Shown: positions 9,081-18,928, counted from the stretch's first letter. The stretch: DNA of 63,804 bases from a bacterium (GCA_035280345.1 DATEGA010000227.1:1-63804), one strand, 5' to 3'. Notes: generated by a model not told the origin, from the sequence alone. Numbers and translations are program-made.

Positions 9081-10826
9081 CTAGTACAGCGGCGCCGCGT
9101 CGAGGTCGAAGTAGACCCAGTACGGCCAAAACGCCGGAAACGCGTAGTACGGCTGCAGATAGCGGCTGTGGCGCTCCGGCGCGGTGTCCAAGATTCGAAA
9201 CCGCAGCGGCGTCTCTTGAACGAGCCGCCCGCGGATATCGCCGCCCGGCTCGAGCGCCAACGGCCTGCGGCAGCATGCCTCGTCTTGTGCCAGCACCACC
9301 GGGCCTCGCAGTATCGCCACGCGGCGCGGATGCTGCCGATCCACCGGGGACGTCCGCACCGCCAGGGGGATCGTCAGCGAAATCCGGTCGCCGGGTTGCC
9401 ACTCTCGCTCGATCCGCGCCCACGTCCCCGGACGAGGGTCCGGTGCCGCCGGATCGCCGTTGACGGCGACACGCGCCCCGTGCGACCATCCCGGAACCCG
9501 GAACGCCACCGCCATCCGCGTCGGGCGCTCGAGCGAGAGCGTGAGGGTTGACGTCTCGGACTCCGGATAGTTGGTCTGCTGCCGAACCGTCACAGGGTGT
9601 CCGGCGTGCCGCCACGTCGCCTCCGACGGCACGAATAGATTGACGTACACACCGGAGGCGTCCTTGAAGTAGATCACGTTGTGGTAATCGGCCACGGTCT
9701 GCAGATACGTCCCGGAGCAGCACGGCCATTCGAACCAGTAGTGCTGCTTGATTCCGCTCGACAGGCGGTAGTCGCCGTAGTAAAAGGTGCGGCCATCAGG
9801 CTCCGTCGGCAGCGCGGCCCCGATCCCGTTGTAGAGCAGTGTCTCGATCCAGTCCCCGAAGCGCGCGTCGCCGGTAAACGTCATCAGGTAGCGCGATAAC
9901 TTGAACGCGGCCCACGAACCGCACGGGATCTCCGCGTGCCCGGCATACAGTTCAAGCGACCGGCCGAGCGCGCCGTCGGGCGGCATCAGCCGCTCGTCCG
10001 GCCCGTAGCCGCCGGTCGCGTAGCACTGTGTCGCCTGAAGAAAATCGTAAGCGTGAACGCAGATGTCGAGGTAGCGGCGCTCGCCGGTGACCGCATACGC
10101 CATCGCCGCGCTGCTGAACGAGTTGACGTGGCTGTACGCGTGAACGGCCACCACCTCGCCGGGATCGGCGCTCTCGGCAAACCGGCTCCAATAATCTTCG
10201 TAGCGCCACGCGTCGGCAAACGACTTGAACGCCGGGTTCCCTCCGAGCAGGTAAGCGCGGTACAGATTTTCCGGCAGCGTGTACCACTCGATCGTCTGCC
10301 GCGGGCCGTCACCCTGGAAGTGAAAATTGTCCGCCGGGCGCCTCATGCGGTTGAACGTTCGCTCCGCCCACCCCGTCGACGCCTCGAGGACGGGCAGCGC
10401 GTCGCCGCACCCGGCGTACGCATGCAGATCGACGAGCCCGCAGACCAGCTTCTCCCAGTCGTACAACCGCATACCCGCGTCTGCGCCGGGCGCGACGGTC
10501 GTGCGCCACCCGTCGAAGAGCGCCAGCGCTTTGTCCCGCAGCGCCGTGTCGTCCGTGGCCCGGCTCAGCCGCGCCATGCCGCTCAGCAGCTGCCCGAAGA
10601 TGCACGAACTCGTCTCGGCGCACCATCCCCGCATGCCGGCGCCCGGCGCCGGGAGTCCGGCGCGCTGCCGGAAGCCCTTCAAAATGTCGTCGTCGGGAAG
10701 GGAGAAATAGACCTCACGCGCGCGCGCCGCCTGATCGGCGCACCGACCCGGCAGCAGGCGCACGCCGTCGTAGTCGAACGCGTCGAGCACCACCGGGGCC
10801 TTCTGGGGCCGCATTCGGGACTCCAT
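9081..10826 (-). CDS. glycoside hydrolase family 127 (beta-L-arabinofuranosidase-like, DUF1680)
   Basis: ORF 9081..10874. GH127-like sequence including the EWPCCSG Cys pair. ATG at 10826 (MESRM) preferred. Confidence 0.8.
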   Translation of the reverse strand: MESRMRPQKAPVVLDAFDYDGVRLLPGRCADQAARAREVYFSLPDDDILKGFRQRAGLPAPGAGMRGWCAETSSCIFGQLLSGMARLSRATDDTALRDKALALFDGWRTTVAPGADAGMRLYDWEKLVCGLVDLHAYAGCGDALPVLEASTGWAERTFNRMRRPADNFHFQGDGPRQTIEWYTLPENLYRAYLLGGNPAFKSFADAWRYEDYWSRFAESADPGEVVAVHAYSHVNSFSSAAMAYAVTGERRYLDICVHAYDFLQATQCYATGGYGPDERLMPPDGALGRSLELYAGHAEIPCGSWAAFKLSRYLMTFTGDARFGDWIETLLYNGIGAALPTEPDGRTFYYGDYRLSSGIKQHYWFEWPCCSGTYLQTVADYHNVIYFKDASGVYVNLFVPSEATWRHAGHPVTVRQQTNYPESETSTLTLSLERPTRMAVAFRVPGWSHGARVAVNGDPAAPDPRPGTWARIEREWQPGDRISLTIPLAVRTSPVDRQHPRRVAILRGPVVLAQDEACCRRPLALEPGGDIRGRLVQETPLRFRILDTAPERHSRYLQPYYAFPAFWPYWVYFDLDAAPLY

Positions 10827-10933
10827 GGTGGACACTTTGAGTTGGTCCGGCTGATCGCCTGCCCGGCAGGGCATTATACAGAGCGGCAGAACAGGAGCAA
10901 TGGCGTGAATACCTATCGGCCCACAGGTGCTCG

Positions 10934-12673
10934 ATGACCCAAGCCCGGCACCCTCTCCGCTGGCTGCTCATCGCCGCCGCCGCCGTCGTACTCGTCGCCG
11001 TCGCGGCCGCCGCGGTACCGTTTTTCGTCCCGGTGGACCGCTACCGCGCGCTGCTCGAAGAGTACATCCGATCGGTCACGGGCCGCGACGTGCAGATCGC
11101 GACGCTGCGTCTCCAAATATGGCCGCGTCCGCACGTCCGCGCCGGCGACGTCCGGCTGATGAATCCCGCCGGCTTCCCCGGCGGCGCAACGGTGGAAGTG
11201 CAGACGATCGACCTCGGCGTCGATTTGCGTGCGCTGCTTCGCCGGCGTTTCGATATCCAATGGGTCGCGCTGAACGGTGTCCGCATCAACTTCCTCACCA
11301 ATGCGGCCGGGAAGTCGAACTTCGACCTGCCGGTGCGGGCCCGCCGTCCGTCGATCAGGGGCGACATTTTGACCCTCGCACCGATCGGGGCCGTGGCCCT
11401 CAAGAACGTGGACGTTCAGGTGGGCGCGTACGACCGCCGGCGCCGGGTGACTATCCCATCGTTTGAGATCGCCGGGCTCACCGCCTCGAGCCGCTCCGTG
11501 CAGGCTACCGCACCCGACCTGCTGGAGCTGATGACCGCGGCGGTCGACCTCAAAGGCGCCCGCCTCACCATCCCCGCGCTGCGCGTGCCGGTACAGGTAA
11601 GCTCCGGGACGATGACGCTGACGAAGGGCGGGTTGAAGGCAACGTTCGCCGCCACCCTCGATACGCTACGCGTAAGCGGGACCGCGGAGGTTCCACGGAT
11701 CTACACGCCGGTGATTTCGTTCGCGCTGGCCGGGACCGATCTCGACCTCAACCGCTTGCAGCGCCTCCTGAGCGCGCAGGCATCGCAGGGGCCCTCCGGT
11801 CCCCCCGGTCCGCACCGTCTCGTCGCGTCCGGAACCGTCGCATTGGACAAGTTCGAGTTCTTCCCGGTCGTGGCGTCGGGCATCCGCGCGCGGGTCGGCG
11901 TGTATACCGACGCCGTCCGTGTAGACGCCTACTCCCTCGCCGTATACGGCGGGGCGATCACCGGCGCGGCGGCGGCCAAGACCGGGGCGGCCGGAACACC
12001 CGCGTCATTCACCGTGCACGCACGCGGCGTCGACGTGGCCGCCCTCCTGCGCGGCGTGGGGGCACGAGCTCAGGTGACCGGCACACTGGATGGGGACGGC
12101 GCGCTCCAGACGATGCTGACCGGCGATCCGCGGGCGACGCTCACCGGAACGGGCACCTTCGCGATCCGCGACGGATCCTTCCCCGGACTGGACGTCAAGA
12201 GCGGCTTGGCGCTGGCCGCACGGGCGCTGCAGGCGCCTGTACCGACCGGACAAACGCGGTTCAGCTACTTTGGCGGCGATGCGCGGATCGCGCGCGAGCG
12301 CGTGTACAGCAGCGCCCTCCGGCTGGACAGCGACAGCCTTCAGGCGACGGGACGCGGCAGCATCGGCTTCGATGGAAGCCTCGATTACTCCGGGACCGGC
12401 GTGATGGCGATGAGCGCCTCGGGAGCGTCACCCGGTCCCATTCCCTCCGCCGCCACGCTGTTGGGCCGCTACGTGCCGGGCGCGGCCGGCGCCCGCGCGA
12501 CGAGCGTCCCCTTCAAGCTGACCGGCGCGATCTCGAACCCGCACTTCGCGCTCGGCGGCACGCCCCAGTTCGTCGGTGGCGGTGCAATGCCCCCACCGCA
12601 GTCGGGTTCGCCCGCATCCCCCCAGACGCCGGGACTGCCGAGCTTCCTCCAGAACCTCCCGAAGTTTCCGTAG
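10934..12673 (+). CDS. AsmA-family protein
   Basis: ORF 10934..12673. N-terminal TM anchor followed by AsmA-like beta-rich repeats. Confidence 0.7.
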   Translation: MTQARHPLRWLLIAAAAVVLVAVAAAAVPFFVPVDRYRALLEEYIRSVTGRDVQIATLRLQIWPRPHVRAGDVRLMNPAGFPGGATVEVQTIDLGVDLRALLRRRFDIQWVALNGVRINFLTNAAGKSNFDLPVRARRPSIRGDILTLAPIGAVALKNVDVQVGAYDRRRRVTIPSFEIAGLTASSRSVQATAPDLLELMTAAVDLKGARLTIPALRVPVQVSSGTMTLTKGGLKATFAATLDTLRVSGTAEVPRIYTPVISFALAGTDLDLNRLQRLLSAQASQGPSGPPGPHRLVASGTVALDKFEFFPVVASGIRARVGVYTDAVRVDAYSLAVYGGAITGAAAAKTGAAGTPASFTVHARGVDVAALLRGVGARAQVTGTLDGDGALQTMLTGDPRATLTGTGTFAIRDGSFPGLDVKSGLALAARALQAPVPTGQTRFSYFGGDARIARERVYSSALRLDSDSLQATGRGSIGFDGSLDYSGTGVMAMSASGASPGPIPSAATLLGRYVPGAAGARATSVPFKLTGAISNPHFALGGTPQFVGGGAMPPPQSGSPASPQTPGLPSFLQNLPKFP

Positions 12674-12677
12674 CGCC

Positions 12678-13451
12678 GTGCCGGTCCTCACGCTCGCCAC
12701 CTGGAACGTCAACGGGATCCGGGCGCGTCAGGCCGAGGTCCGGCAATGGATCGAGCGCGAGCGTCCAGATGTCGTGTGCCTGCAGGAGTTAAAGGCACCG
12801 TCCAGCCAGGTGCCGCCCGCCCTCCGTGACATGGAAGGTTACTGGAGCTATTGGCACGGCGACACGGCCTACTCAGGCGTTTCGCTTCACGTGAACACGA
12901 CCACCGCGCCCGAGCGGCCGGTGTTCGTTCATCCCGCGTTCGATCACGAGAATCGTATCGTAGTGGCGGAAGTTGCCGGCGCGACGATCGGTTCCGTCTA
13001 CGTGCCCAACGGCGGAAAAGACTTTGAGGCAAAAATGCGATTTCTGGAAGCGCTCGACGAATACGCGGCATCGTTCGAGCCGGAGGCCGGCCGGCCCGTC
13101 CGGCAGCTCGTACTCTGCGGCGATATGAACGTCGCACGGGCCGACATCGACGTGCACCCGAAAGAGCGCAAGCCGCGCGCCATCGGACAACTGCCGGAGG
13201 AACGCGCGATGATCGAACGGATTCTCAACCGCGGCCTGGTCGACCTCGGGCGTGCTCTCGATCCCGGCAACGAGGGTCTCTTTACTTGGTGGGCGCCTTG
13301 GCGGAACCTGCGGCAGCGAAACATCGGATGGCGGCTCGACTACGTCTTCGCAAGTGGGTCACTGGCCGCGCAGGCGAGCGCCTGCGTTGTACAAAAAGAC
13401 GTGGGAACCAGCGACCATGCGCCCGTCATCGCGCGCTTCGGATCACCGTAG
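12678..13451 (+). CDS. xth: exodeoxyribonuclease III
   Basis: In-frame GTG at 12678 within ORF 12576..13451. Begins VPVLTLATWNVNGIRAR and ends SDHAPV, the typical ExoIII/APE family pattern. Confidence 0.85.
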   Translation: MPVLTLATWNVNGIRARQAEVRQWIERERPDVVCLQELKAPSSQVPPALRDMEGYWSYWHGDTAYSGVSLHVNTTTAPERPVFVHPAFDHENRIVVAEVAGATIGSVYVPNGGKDFEAKMRFLEALDEYAASFEPEAGRPVRQLVLCGDMNVARADIDVHPKERKPRAIGQLPEERAMIERILNRGLVDLGRALDPGNEGLFTWWAPWRNLRQRNIGWRLDYVFASGSLAAQASACVVQKDVGTSDHAPVIARFGSP

Positions 13452-13485
13452 CAGCAGACTGCGGCCGGCAATGGAGCCGCCGGCG

Positions 13486-14691
13486 CTACTGCCCCATCCC
13501 GCCGGACGATTCCGGACGATCAGGCATAGGCAGCGGTGGCCCGCGGTCGGTCGGGGTAGTCCCTGCGGCGGCCGGTGTGACCACGCCGATGGCCACGACG
13601 GTGCCTAACGCGGGCGACTGTTGGTCAAGTTCAATCTCGAACCAGATCCCAAGTGTGTCGTAGCGGAGCGTCGCATGCTCTGATTTGGCGTCCGCGCTGA
13701 CCGAGGTCGGGGCGCCGAGCGCGGCGCGAATATCCGCCTCCATACTGCCGACATGGAGGCCGGTCGAGGTCGCGTAACTCGCGTCGTTCACGAGAAGCAG
13801 CCGGTCCACGCGATTGCCCTGCGTCACCCGCACGCCGAATCCTTCGCGCTTGGACGGATCGAGCCACCAGTGCGTGACGCCCCCGCCGGGAGACGGGTGC
13901 ATGTCGGTGGCGGCGCCGGAGAGCTTTGTCACTTGCGCGAGAGTCATTCCGAGCCGGACTGCGCCGATGCTTCGACCGGGAACGATCACCGGCGGAGTGC
14001 CCGGCGAGGGCCGCGTCTGGGCGCCAGCTGTCGCGGACGGCACGGGAGGCGCTGGCGTCGGCCGCGCGGGCTGCGTGGGCGGCACCGGGGTCGCCGGTGG
14101 CGCCGGGCTAGGCGTCGCCGGCGCGGAGGACTGAGCGGGCGGAGGTACGGCGACCTGCGCGTCCGATGCCGCGACGATAATCGAATAGACCCTCCCGTTG
14201 AGCTTCGGGTCCTGGGCACCGTTGGGAACGTACACGAGCAGCCCCGGATAGTGGAACACCTGGAGCATGCCGAGGTTGGTGCTGGGTACCGATCTGGTCT
14301 CGAGCGGCGCGCCCAGGAGCTGACCAACCCGTTCGGCTGCGTCCCCGTCACGCAGGCCCTGAGCGGTGGCGTACCGCGCGTCCTGGTTGACCGCGATGTT
14401 GACCGCCCTGCCGTCGCGGAACCAGACGCCGAAGCGACCGCCGGCGGTCGTCTTCCACGCGACCACCATCGCCTGGCTCACGGGGTCCGCCGTCGTCCGG
14501 TCCTCATGCCCGAGCGCGGCGCGCACCTGCCCGAGGGTCATACCGAGCCGGATCGATCCGATACCTTGCCCGGCCACGATGAGAAAGGCCGCCGGCACCG
14601 CGGCAGTCTGCGCCGGCACAAGCACGGGAAACGAAAGCCCGAGGGCGATCGCCGTGATCGTCGCCGCGATCGGCCTAGCCGTCGCTCGCAT
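13486..14691 (-). CDS. secreted protein with two IG-x-x-RLGMT modules joined by a Pro-rich linker
   Basis: ORF 13486..14778. ATG at 14691 gives a signal-peptide-like N-terminus (MRATARPIAATITAIALG). Internal duplication seen by eye. Confidence 0.6.
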   Translation of the reverse strand: MRATARPIAATITAIALGLSFPVLVPAQTAAVPAAFLIVAGQGIGSIRLGMTLGQVRAALGHEDRTTADPVSQAMVVAWKTTAGGRFGVWFRDGRAVNIAVNQDARYATAQGLRDGDAAERVGQLLGAPLETRSVPSTNLGMLQVFHYPGLLVYVPNGAQDPKLNGRVYSIIVAASDAQVAVPPPAQSSAPATPSPAPPATPVPPTQPARPTPAPPVPSATAGAQTRPSPGTPPVIVPGRSIGAVRLGMTLAQVTKLSGAATDMHPSPGGGVTHWWLDPSKREGFGVRVTQGNRVDRLLLVNDASYATSTGLHVGSMEADIRAALGAPTSVSADAKSEHATLRYDTLGIWFEIELDQQSPALGTVVAIGVVTPAAAGTTPTDRGPPLPMPDRPESSGGMGQ

Positions 14692-14752
14692 ATGTCGCAC
14701 GCCAACGTGTCGGGCCATGACAGTGAGCCGGTGGCTTTGCGGGTTCGCCCGC

Positions 14753-15286
14753 CTACTCCGCGAAATCCTCGGTCGCAATGAGAAATTCGTCTGTGGTCGC
14801 CACCCCGATCCCGACGTGCCTGAATCGGGGGTTCAGCAGGTTCTCGAGATGACCGGGACTGTGGACGAAGGCGGCGTGGATCCGCTCGACGTCCACGCCC
14901 GCGGCGACGTTCTCGCCGACGCGGCTGCCGTGGGAGAGCGCCTGCGCGAGGCGCGCGAGAAACGATTCGCCGGTGCTGGTGCCGTGGCCGATGTACCCGT
15001 TGGCGGCCATGTCACGCGAGTGATACCGCGCGGCCATTCGGAGGGCACCGCTCATCGTGAGTGGCGCGATGTGCCGGCTCTGTCGCACGGCGTTAATGAG
15101 CACCAGCAGCCGATCTTCGGCGGTCGGGATAAATGCGGCGCCGGGAATACGGGTTTGCAACGGCAGCACCATGGTGCCCAGTTGAGCGGAGTTCTGCGAG
15201 TACGCCGCACCGGGGGCGGCGAGAAGCGCCCAAGCGGTCAGCGCGGCGGCGGCACGGGGGCCAAAAGAACGCCACAGACGCACCAT
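14753..15286 (-). CDS. CAP/SCP-domain secreted protein (YkwD-like)
   Basis: C-terminal part of ORF 14753..15682 from MVRLWRS. Signal peptide, then NAVR...HSRDMA...GHxG...HSPGHLENLL motifs. Confidence 0.75.
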   Translation of the reverse strand: MVRLWRSFGPRAAAALTAWALLAAPGAAYSQNSAQLGTMVLPLQTRIPGAAFIPTAEDRLLVLINAVRQSRHIAPLTMSGALRMAARYHSRDMAANGYIGHGTSTGESFLARLAQALSHGSRVGENVAAGVDVERIHAAFVHSPGHLENLLNPRFRHVGIGVATTDEFLIATEDFAE

Positions 15287-15327
15287 AACGCGCCTATTCG
15301 GCGGCGTGGTCGTGCACCCTGCGACGA

Positions 15328-15852
15328 CTACCGCAGCCGAGCCACGTGGTGTATTGCCCATCCGACCCCCACAGAAACCAGCAGCAGGGCCCAACCCGCA
15401 CCGAGAAACGAAAACAACCCTGTCCACAGGGTGAGCCACAGGTATGACCATGGATTCGTCATATGAAGGCCTCGCATCACATAGAGCGTAAACGGCGGCG
15501 TGAACAGCACCAGCGCCAGCAGCGAGGTCGCGGCCCCCAGCACGCCGGCCTGCCCAGATGTTGGGGGTCGCGTGCTGTCGACCAAGCGTCGCCCGGTAAC
15601 CGCCCCGGCGACGCCATGGGCTACCCCCGCCGCGATTGTCAGGAGCGGGGCCACGCCATTCAGACGCGCTTCCGGCACCCACGCAAAATGGGTCACAAAC
15701 GTCGTGGCGCTCCCAAAGGCAAGAGCGGCCGCCGTTCGAGGATGCGCCCTGACATACGAAGACAGGTTCAAGCCCGCACCGTCCGCCCGGAGCGGATCAC
15801 GGCGTGGCGCGGTTGCTGCGCGGCGCGGTTCAATGTTGCCGCCGTGCGACAA
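15328..15852 (-). CDS. hypothetical membrane protein (about 4 TM segments)
   Basis: ORF 15328..15852. The listed start is TTG and the true start is uncertain. Upstream of the CAP gene on the same strand. Confidence 0.45.
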   Translation of the reverse strand: MSHGGNIEPRRAATAPRRDPLRADGAGLNLSSYVRAHPRTAAALAFGSATTFVTHFAWVPEARLNGVAPLLTIAAGVAHGVAGAVTGRRLVDSTRPPTSGQAGVLGAATSLLALVLFTPPFTLYVMRGLHMTNPWSYLWLTLWTGLFSFLGAGWALLLVSVGVGWAIHHVARLR

Positions 15853-16003
15853 TTGACGAAATTGTCAGGACCATGCAGTTAACTCTTTGATCAAAACGGG
15901 GCACGATCATGCTCTTTGCACCCGGCCGTCGCGCGCCCTCCCGAACGAACGCCAAATCGCAGAAGGGACCACTCCGTTCAACCGGAACTACGGACTGCCC
16001 CCT

Positions 16004-16705
16004 ATGCTCACACGAGGTAACGCGTGGATGACATCGCCGGGCGCGACTCGGAGGATCGGCGCGGCGCTAGGCGCGTTTGCGGCTACTGCGGTGATGCTGG
16101 CCTCCGGTGTGACAGACGTGACCGCCGCCATAATGTTGCATTTCGAGGGGCACGGAGCGTTCTTTTCGTCGGAGACCCATCAGCCCGTTACCATTGACCC
16201 ACAGATTTTCGTGCAAGCCCCGGGTGCGCCGGGCGCTTTGGGGCCCCAGGGTATCCTACACGCGGCCGGTGTCGTTCCGGCGCCGCTGTCCGCGCCGCCC
16301 GACACGCCGTTGTACAACGCGGATGGGAATCTGCTCGGCACAACGCTGGGCCGCTGGCTCGGAGCCGCCGGGACCGGGATCGTCGAGCCCGCAGGCGATC
16401 TCGTTCATGCGGACCGCGTAAGCGTCACGTTCACCGGCCTGGTCCCCGGCGGTCTGTACACGCTCTTCAAGGTTACCTTTCAGCCGTCCGGCAATACGTT
16501 CGCGCCGCTCGACGGCAGCGGCGTGCGGCACAACTTCGTCGCGCTCACGGATGGCACAGCCCGCGCCACGGTGCTGACACCCGCGCCGCTGACGGACTCG
16601 AACGCCGTCGTGCTCGTGTATCACAGCGATGGGCGTACACACGCGATGTCGCGGGGCACGCCGGGCGTCACCGCGCATCCCCAGTTGATTGCCCGGGTTC
16701 GGTAA
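16004..16705 (+). CDS. hypothetical secreted protein
   Basis: ORF 15887..16705 (TTG). ATG at 16004 or 16028 gives a signal-like segment (RRIGAALGAFAATAVMLASG). Confidence 0.45.
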   Translation: MLTRGNAWMTSPGATRRIGAALGAFAATAVMLASGVTDVTAAIMLHFEGHGAFFSSETHQPVTIDPQIFVQAPGAPGALGPQGILHAAGVVPAPLSAPPDTPLYNADGNLLGTTLGRWLGAAGTGIVEPAGDLVHADRVSVTFTGLVPGGLYTLFKVTFQPSGNTFAPLDGSGVRHNFVALTDGTARATVLTPAPLTDSNAVVLVYHSDGRTHAMSRGTPGVTAHPQLIARVR

Positions 16706-16733
16706 CGCCATGCCGGAGCGCACCGCGGCTGGC

Positions 16734-17237
16734 TCAGTGGGCCAACGGCCCAACAGAAGATATCGTTCGAACTTGGCCAGAAACCCGCGCCGCCACTCCG
16801 GGAAATACGGCAATCGCCTGAATGGTCGTGCCCGAATTCCAGCCTATGACACGGAAGGCAATTCCTCGGTCTCGATAGACCACCCAAACTGCCGTTGCGT
16901 GAGGATACCGTGTGTCAGGTGCGATTCGGTCGGGTTTCCCGAATGCTCGCAACGCGGGGCCGAAGGGAAGACCGACCTGAATCGTATTGGTAACAAAGCA
17001 CCCGCCGCCCCAATTTGTCTCCACGGACGCTGAACGACCCGAAGCATCATACGTAGCGGCGACCGGGCATGGCGACGTGCGGTTTATTTCCTCGATCATC
17101 GAGCGCGTCATACCGAGACGCGCTGCCCCGATACGTTCACTCGGCACGATAAGGTTCGGATAATGCTCAGAGGAGTTGGCCACACACGTCGGAACCGAGA
17201 TCAATAGCATAAGTATGAAGACCGAGACAGCGCGCAT
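16734..17237 (-). CDS. small secreted protein with one IG-x-x-RLGMT module
   Basis: ORF 16734..17237. Signal peptide MRAVSVFILMLLISVPTCVA, then VPSERIGAARLGMT. Lower G+C than the flanks. Confidence 0.55.
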   Translation of the reverse strand: MRAVSVFILMLLISVPTCVANSSEHYPNLIVPSERIGAARLGMTRSMIEEINRTSPCPVAATYDASGRSASVETNWGGGCFVTNTIQVGLPFGPALRAFGKPDRIAPDTRYPHATAVWVVYRDRGIAFRVIGWNSGTTIQAIAVFPGVAARVSGQVRTISSVGPLAH

Positions 17238-17623
17238 TTGACGACCCCCTTGGCTTTCCCCAAGCCTACGGGAGCCCGGAAGTCACGGCATCCTGGAGTC
17301 CCTGTAAAGGAGTAGGAATTCTTTTCAGGCAGGTGATGTACTGACCCAAAAACCATGGGACGATTAACTACGATCCGGATGCAATCCGTGGGAAACGGCC
17401 CCAGCAGCCACCGGAAACAGGATCGCGGCGCGCGCGTGCCGGGCACGACGCACCGGCCGCCTGACTGTGCGCCGTTTTGCGACTCGCTTTCTCGGTCGAC
17501 GTGACACGGCATCAGCCCCAGAAAAGAGACGGCAGTTCCCGCCGGGGCGGATTTCGCTGGACCGGGATTGCCAACCCGCGGACTCGAGAGTCTAGCCGAA
17601 CGCGGACTAACCTCTTCGTGAGA

Positions 17624-18310
17624 CTAGGACGCCGCACCGGAAGCGGCGCGTGACGGCCTTACGAACCCGTTCTCGACTGCGAAGATGGCCGCTTGTGCCC
17701 GGTTTCGAACCTCAAGCCGTTGATACAAATTCCGGAGACGCGACTTAACCGCGGATTCGGAGAGGAATAACTTCCTCGCAATATCTCTATCGCTTAGCCC
17801 CTGCGCTACCCACGTGAGGACCTGAACCTCATTCGCGGTGAGCATCGCTTGCCGAGTCGCGGTGGAAGGAGAGTCGATACCGTCCGGCCGAGCCGAGGAA
17901 TACCGATGGAGCAGTTCGGCGGCAATGGTAGGACTCAGCATGGTTCTGCCCGCATAGGTTGCACGAATCGCTTTCGCAAGATTGACGGGTTCGATGTCCT
18001 TCAATACGTACCCAACGGCACCGGCCGCGGCGGCTTGACGGAAGCACTCTTCAGTCGCGTGTGAGGTCAGGACAAGCACCTGCGTCTTGGGAGACCGCTC
18101 TCGAATCGTCCGTATCGTGCCGATGGCGTCACCCGGCAATCCTATATCGATCACCATCACGTCAGGTCGCGCTGCACCCGTGTGCTCAAGCGCCTCGTCG
18201 GCGGTCGCCGGTTCACCAATGACTTCAATTCCAGATTGCGATTCCAGCACCGCCCTGATGCCGGCGCGGAACAACGGTTGGTGGTCCACAATCAAGACCC
18301 TGATGCTCAT
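17624..18310 (-). CDS. LuxR/NarL-family response regulator
   Basis: ATG at 18310 (MSIRVLIVDH). Receiver motifs (DVMVIDIGLPG, VLVLTSH) plus a C-terminal LuxR HTH (LTANEVQVLTWVAQGLSDRDIARKLFLSESAVKSRL). Confidence 0.9.
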   Translation of the reverse strand: MSIRVLIVDHQPLFRAGIRAVLESQSGIEVIGEPATADEALEHTGAARPDVMVIDIGLPGDAIGTIRTIRERSPKTQVLVLTSHATEECFRQAAAAGAVGYVLKDIEPVNLAKAIRATYAGRTMLSPTIAAELLHRYSSARPDGIDSPSTATRQAMLTANEVQVLTWVAQGLSDRDIARKLFLSESAVKSRLRNLYQRLEVRNRAQAAIFAVENGFVRPSRAASGAAS

Positions 18311-18364
18311 GTGCGCTGTTGCGCTCCTCGAAAACCGGCGATGGAGCACGGTCGTGCACATCGC

Positions 18365-18395
18365 GTGACGGGCCGGGACGACCCCGGCCCGTCAC
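18365..18395 (-). terminator. 13-bp perfect hairpin between the flp stop and the response-regulator start
   Basis: GTGACGGGCCGGG-acgac-CCCGGCCCGTCAC. No U-tract, so it may be a terminator, an attenuator or a processing site. Confidence 0.45.
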
Positions 18396-18404
18396 GGTTG
18401 ATGC

Positions 18405-18599
18405 TTACGGCGGGTTCTGACCGGCCATCCAAGAACTGATCTTGGAGATCGCGCTGCTCAACACGCCCTGCAGCGCGAACGCGGCCACCAGCAGAAAAAG
18501 CACTACGCCGAGGATCAAGAGCACGTACTCGACCGTACCTTGTCCGCGTTCGTCCCTGTTGAGTTTGTTCATCAACCACGCCTGTGCGAACGTAAACAC
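18405..18599 (-). CDS. flp: Flp-family type IVb pilin
   Basis: GTG at 18599 lies 7 nt after GGAGGTGA. Product begins MFTFAQAWLMNKLNRDERGQG/TVEYVLLILGVVLFLL, which carries the Flp G/xxxEY processing motif and a hydrophobic helix. Confidence 0.7.
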   Translation of the reverse strand: MFTFAQAWLMNKLNRDERGQGTVEYVLLILGVVLFLLVAAFALQGVLSSAISKISSWMAGQNPP

Positions 18600-18647
18600 T
18601 TGTCGTCTCACCTCCCCCACCCGTGTCCTGACGACTGCGACCTCATG

Positions 18648-18721
18648 CCGTAAGCGTACACATCGAGGTCGCCCACGATAACTACCTAGCGAGGGTAGTC
18701 CTTGGGTAGGCATCTTGTCCG
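18648..18721. repeat. copy 1 of a ~74-nt imperfect direct repeat upstream of flp
   Basis: CCGTAAGCGTAC...GGGTAGTCCTTGGGTAGG...TGTCCG. About two-thirds identical to 18854..18928 by hand alignment. Confidence 0.55.
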
Positions 18722-18853
18722 CCTGAATGTCAACGTCATCGCCGATGACACACGACGCAAGATTAAGATAGCCGCCCGTGAAGACCGGCAAACCAATACC
18801 TGTCGCAAGGCCAACGTCAAGGGCTCGCCGAGTGGCAGTATTGCGCCTTAGGG

Positions 18854-18928
18854 CCTTAAGCGTACGAGTCGCGAGCTACGACAAATAACCGCCTGGCGCG
18901 GGTAGGCCTGGGGTAGGTGGCGTGTCCG
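18854..18928. repeat. copy 2 of the ~74-nt imperfect direct repeat
   Basis: CCTTAAGCGTAC...GGGTAGGCCTGGGGTAGG...TGTCCG, 206 nt from copy 1. Confidence 0.55.

Noticed and set aside
9936-10937. 333-aa plus-strand ORF
   Set aside because: It is antisense to the GH127 gene and Arg/Pro-rich, with no recognisable motifs.
17322-17345. Possible motif copy TGTAAAGGAGTAGGAATTC upstream of 17237
   Set aside because: Only the GTAAA-N7-AATT part matches and no second half-site is present. It could be chance in this AT-richer spacer.
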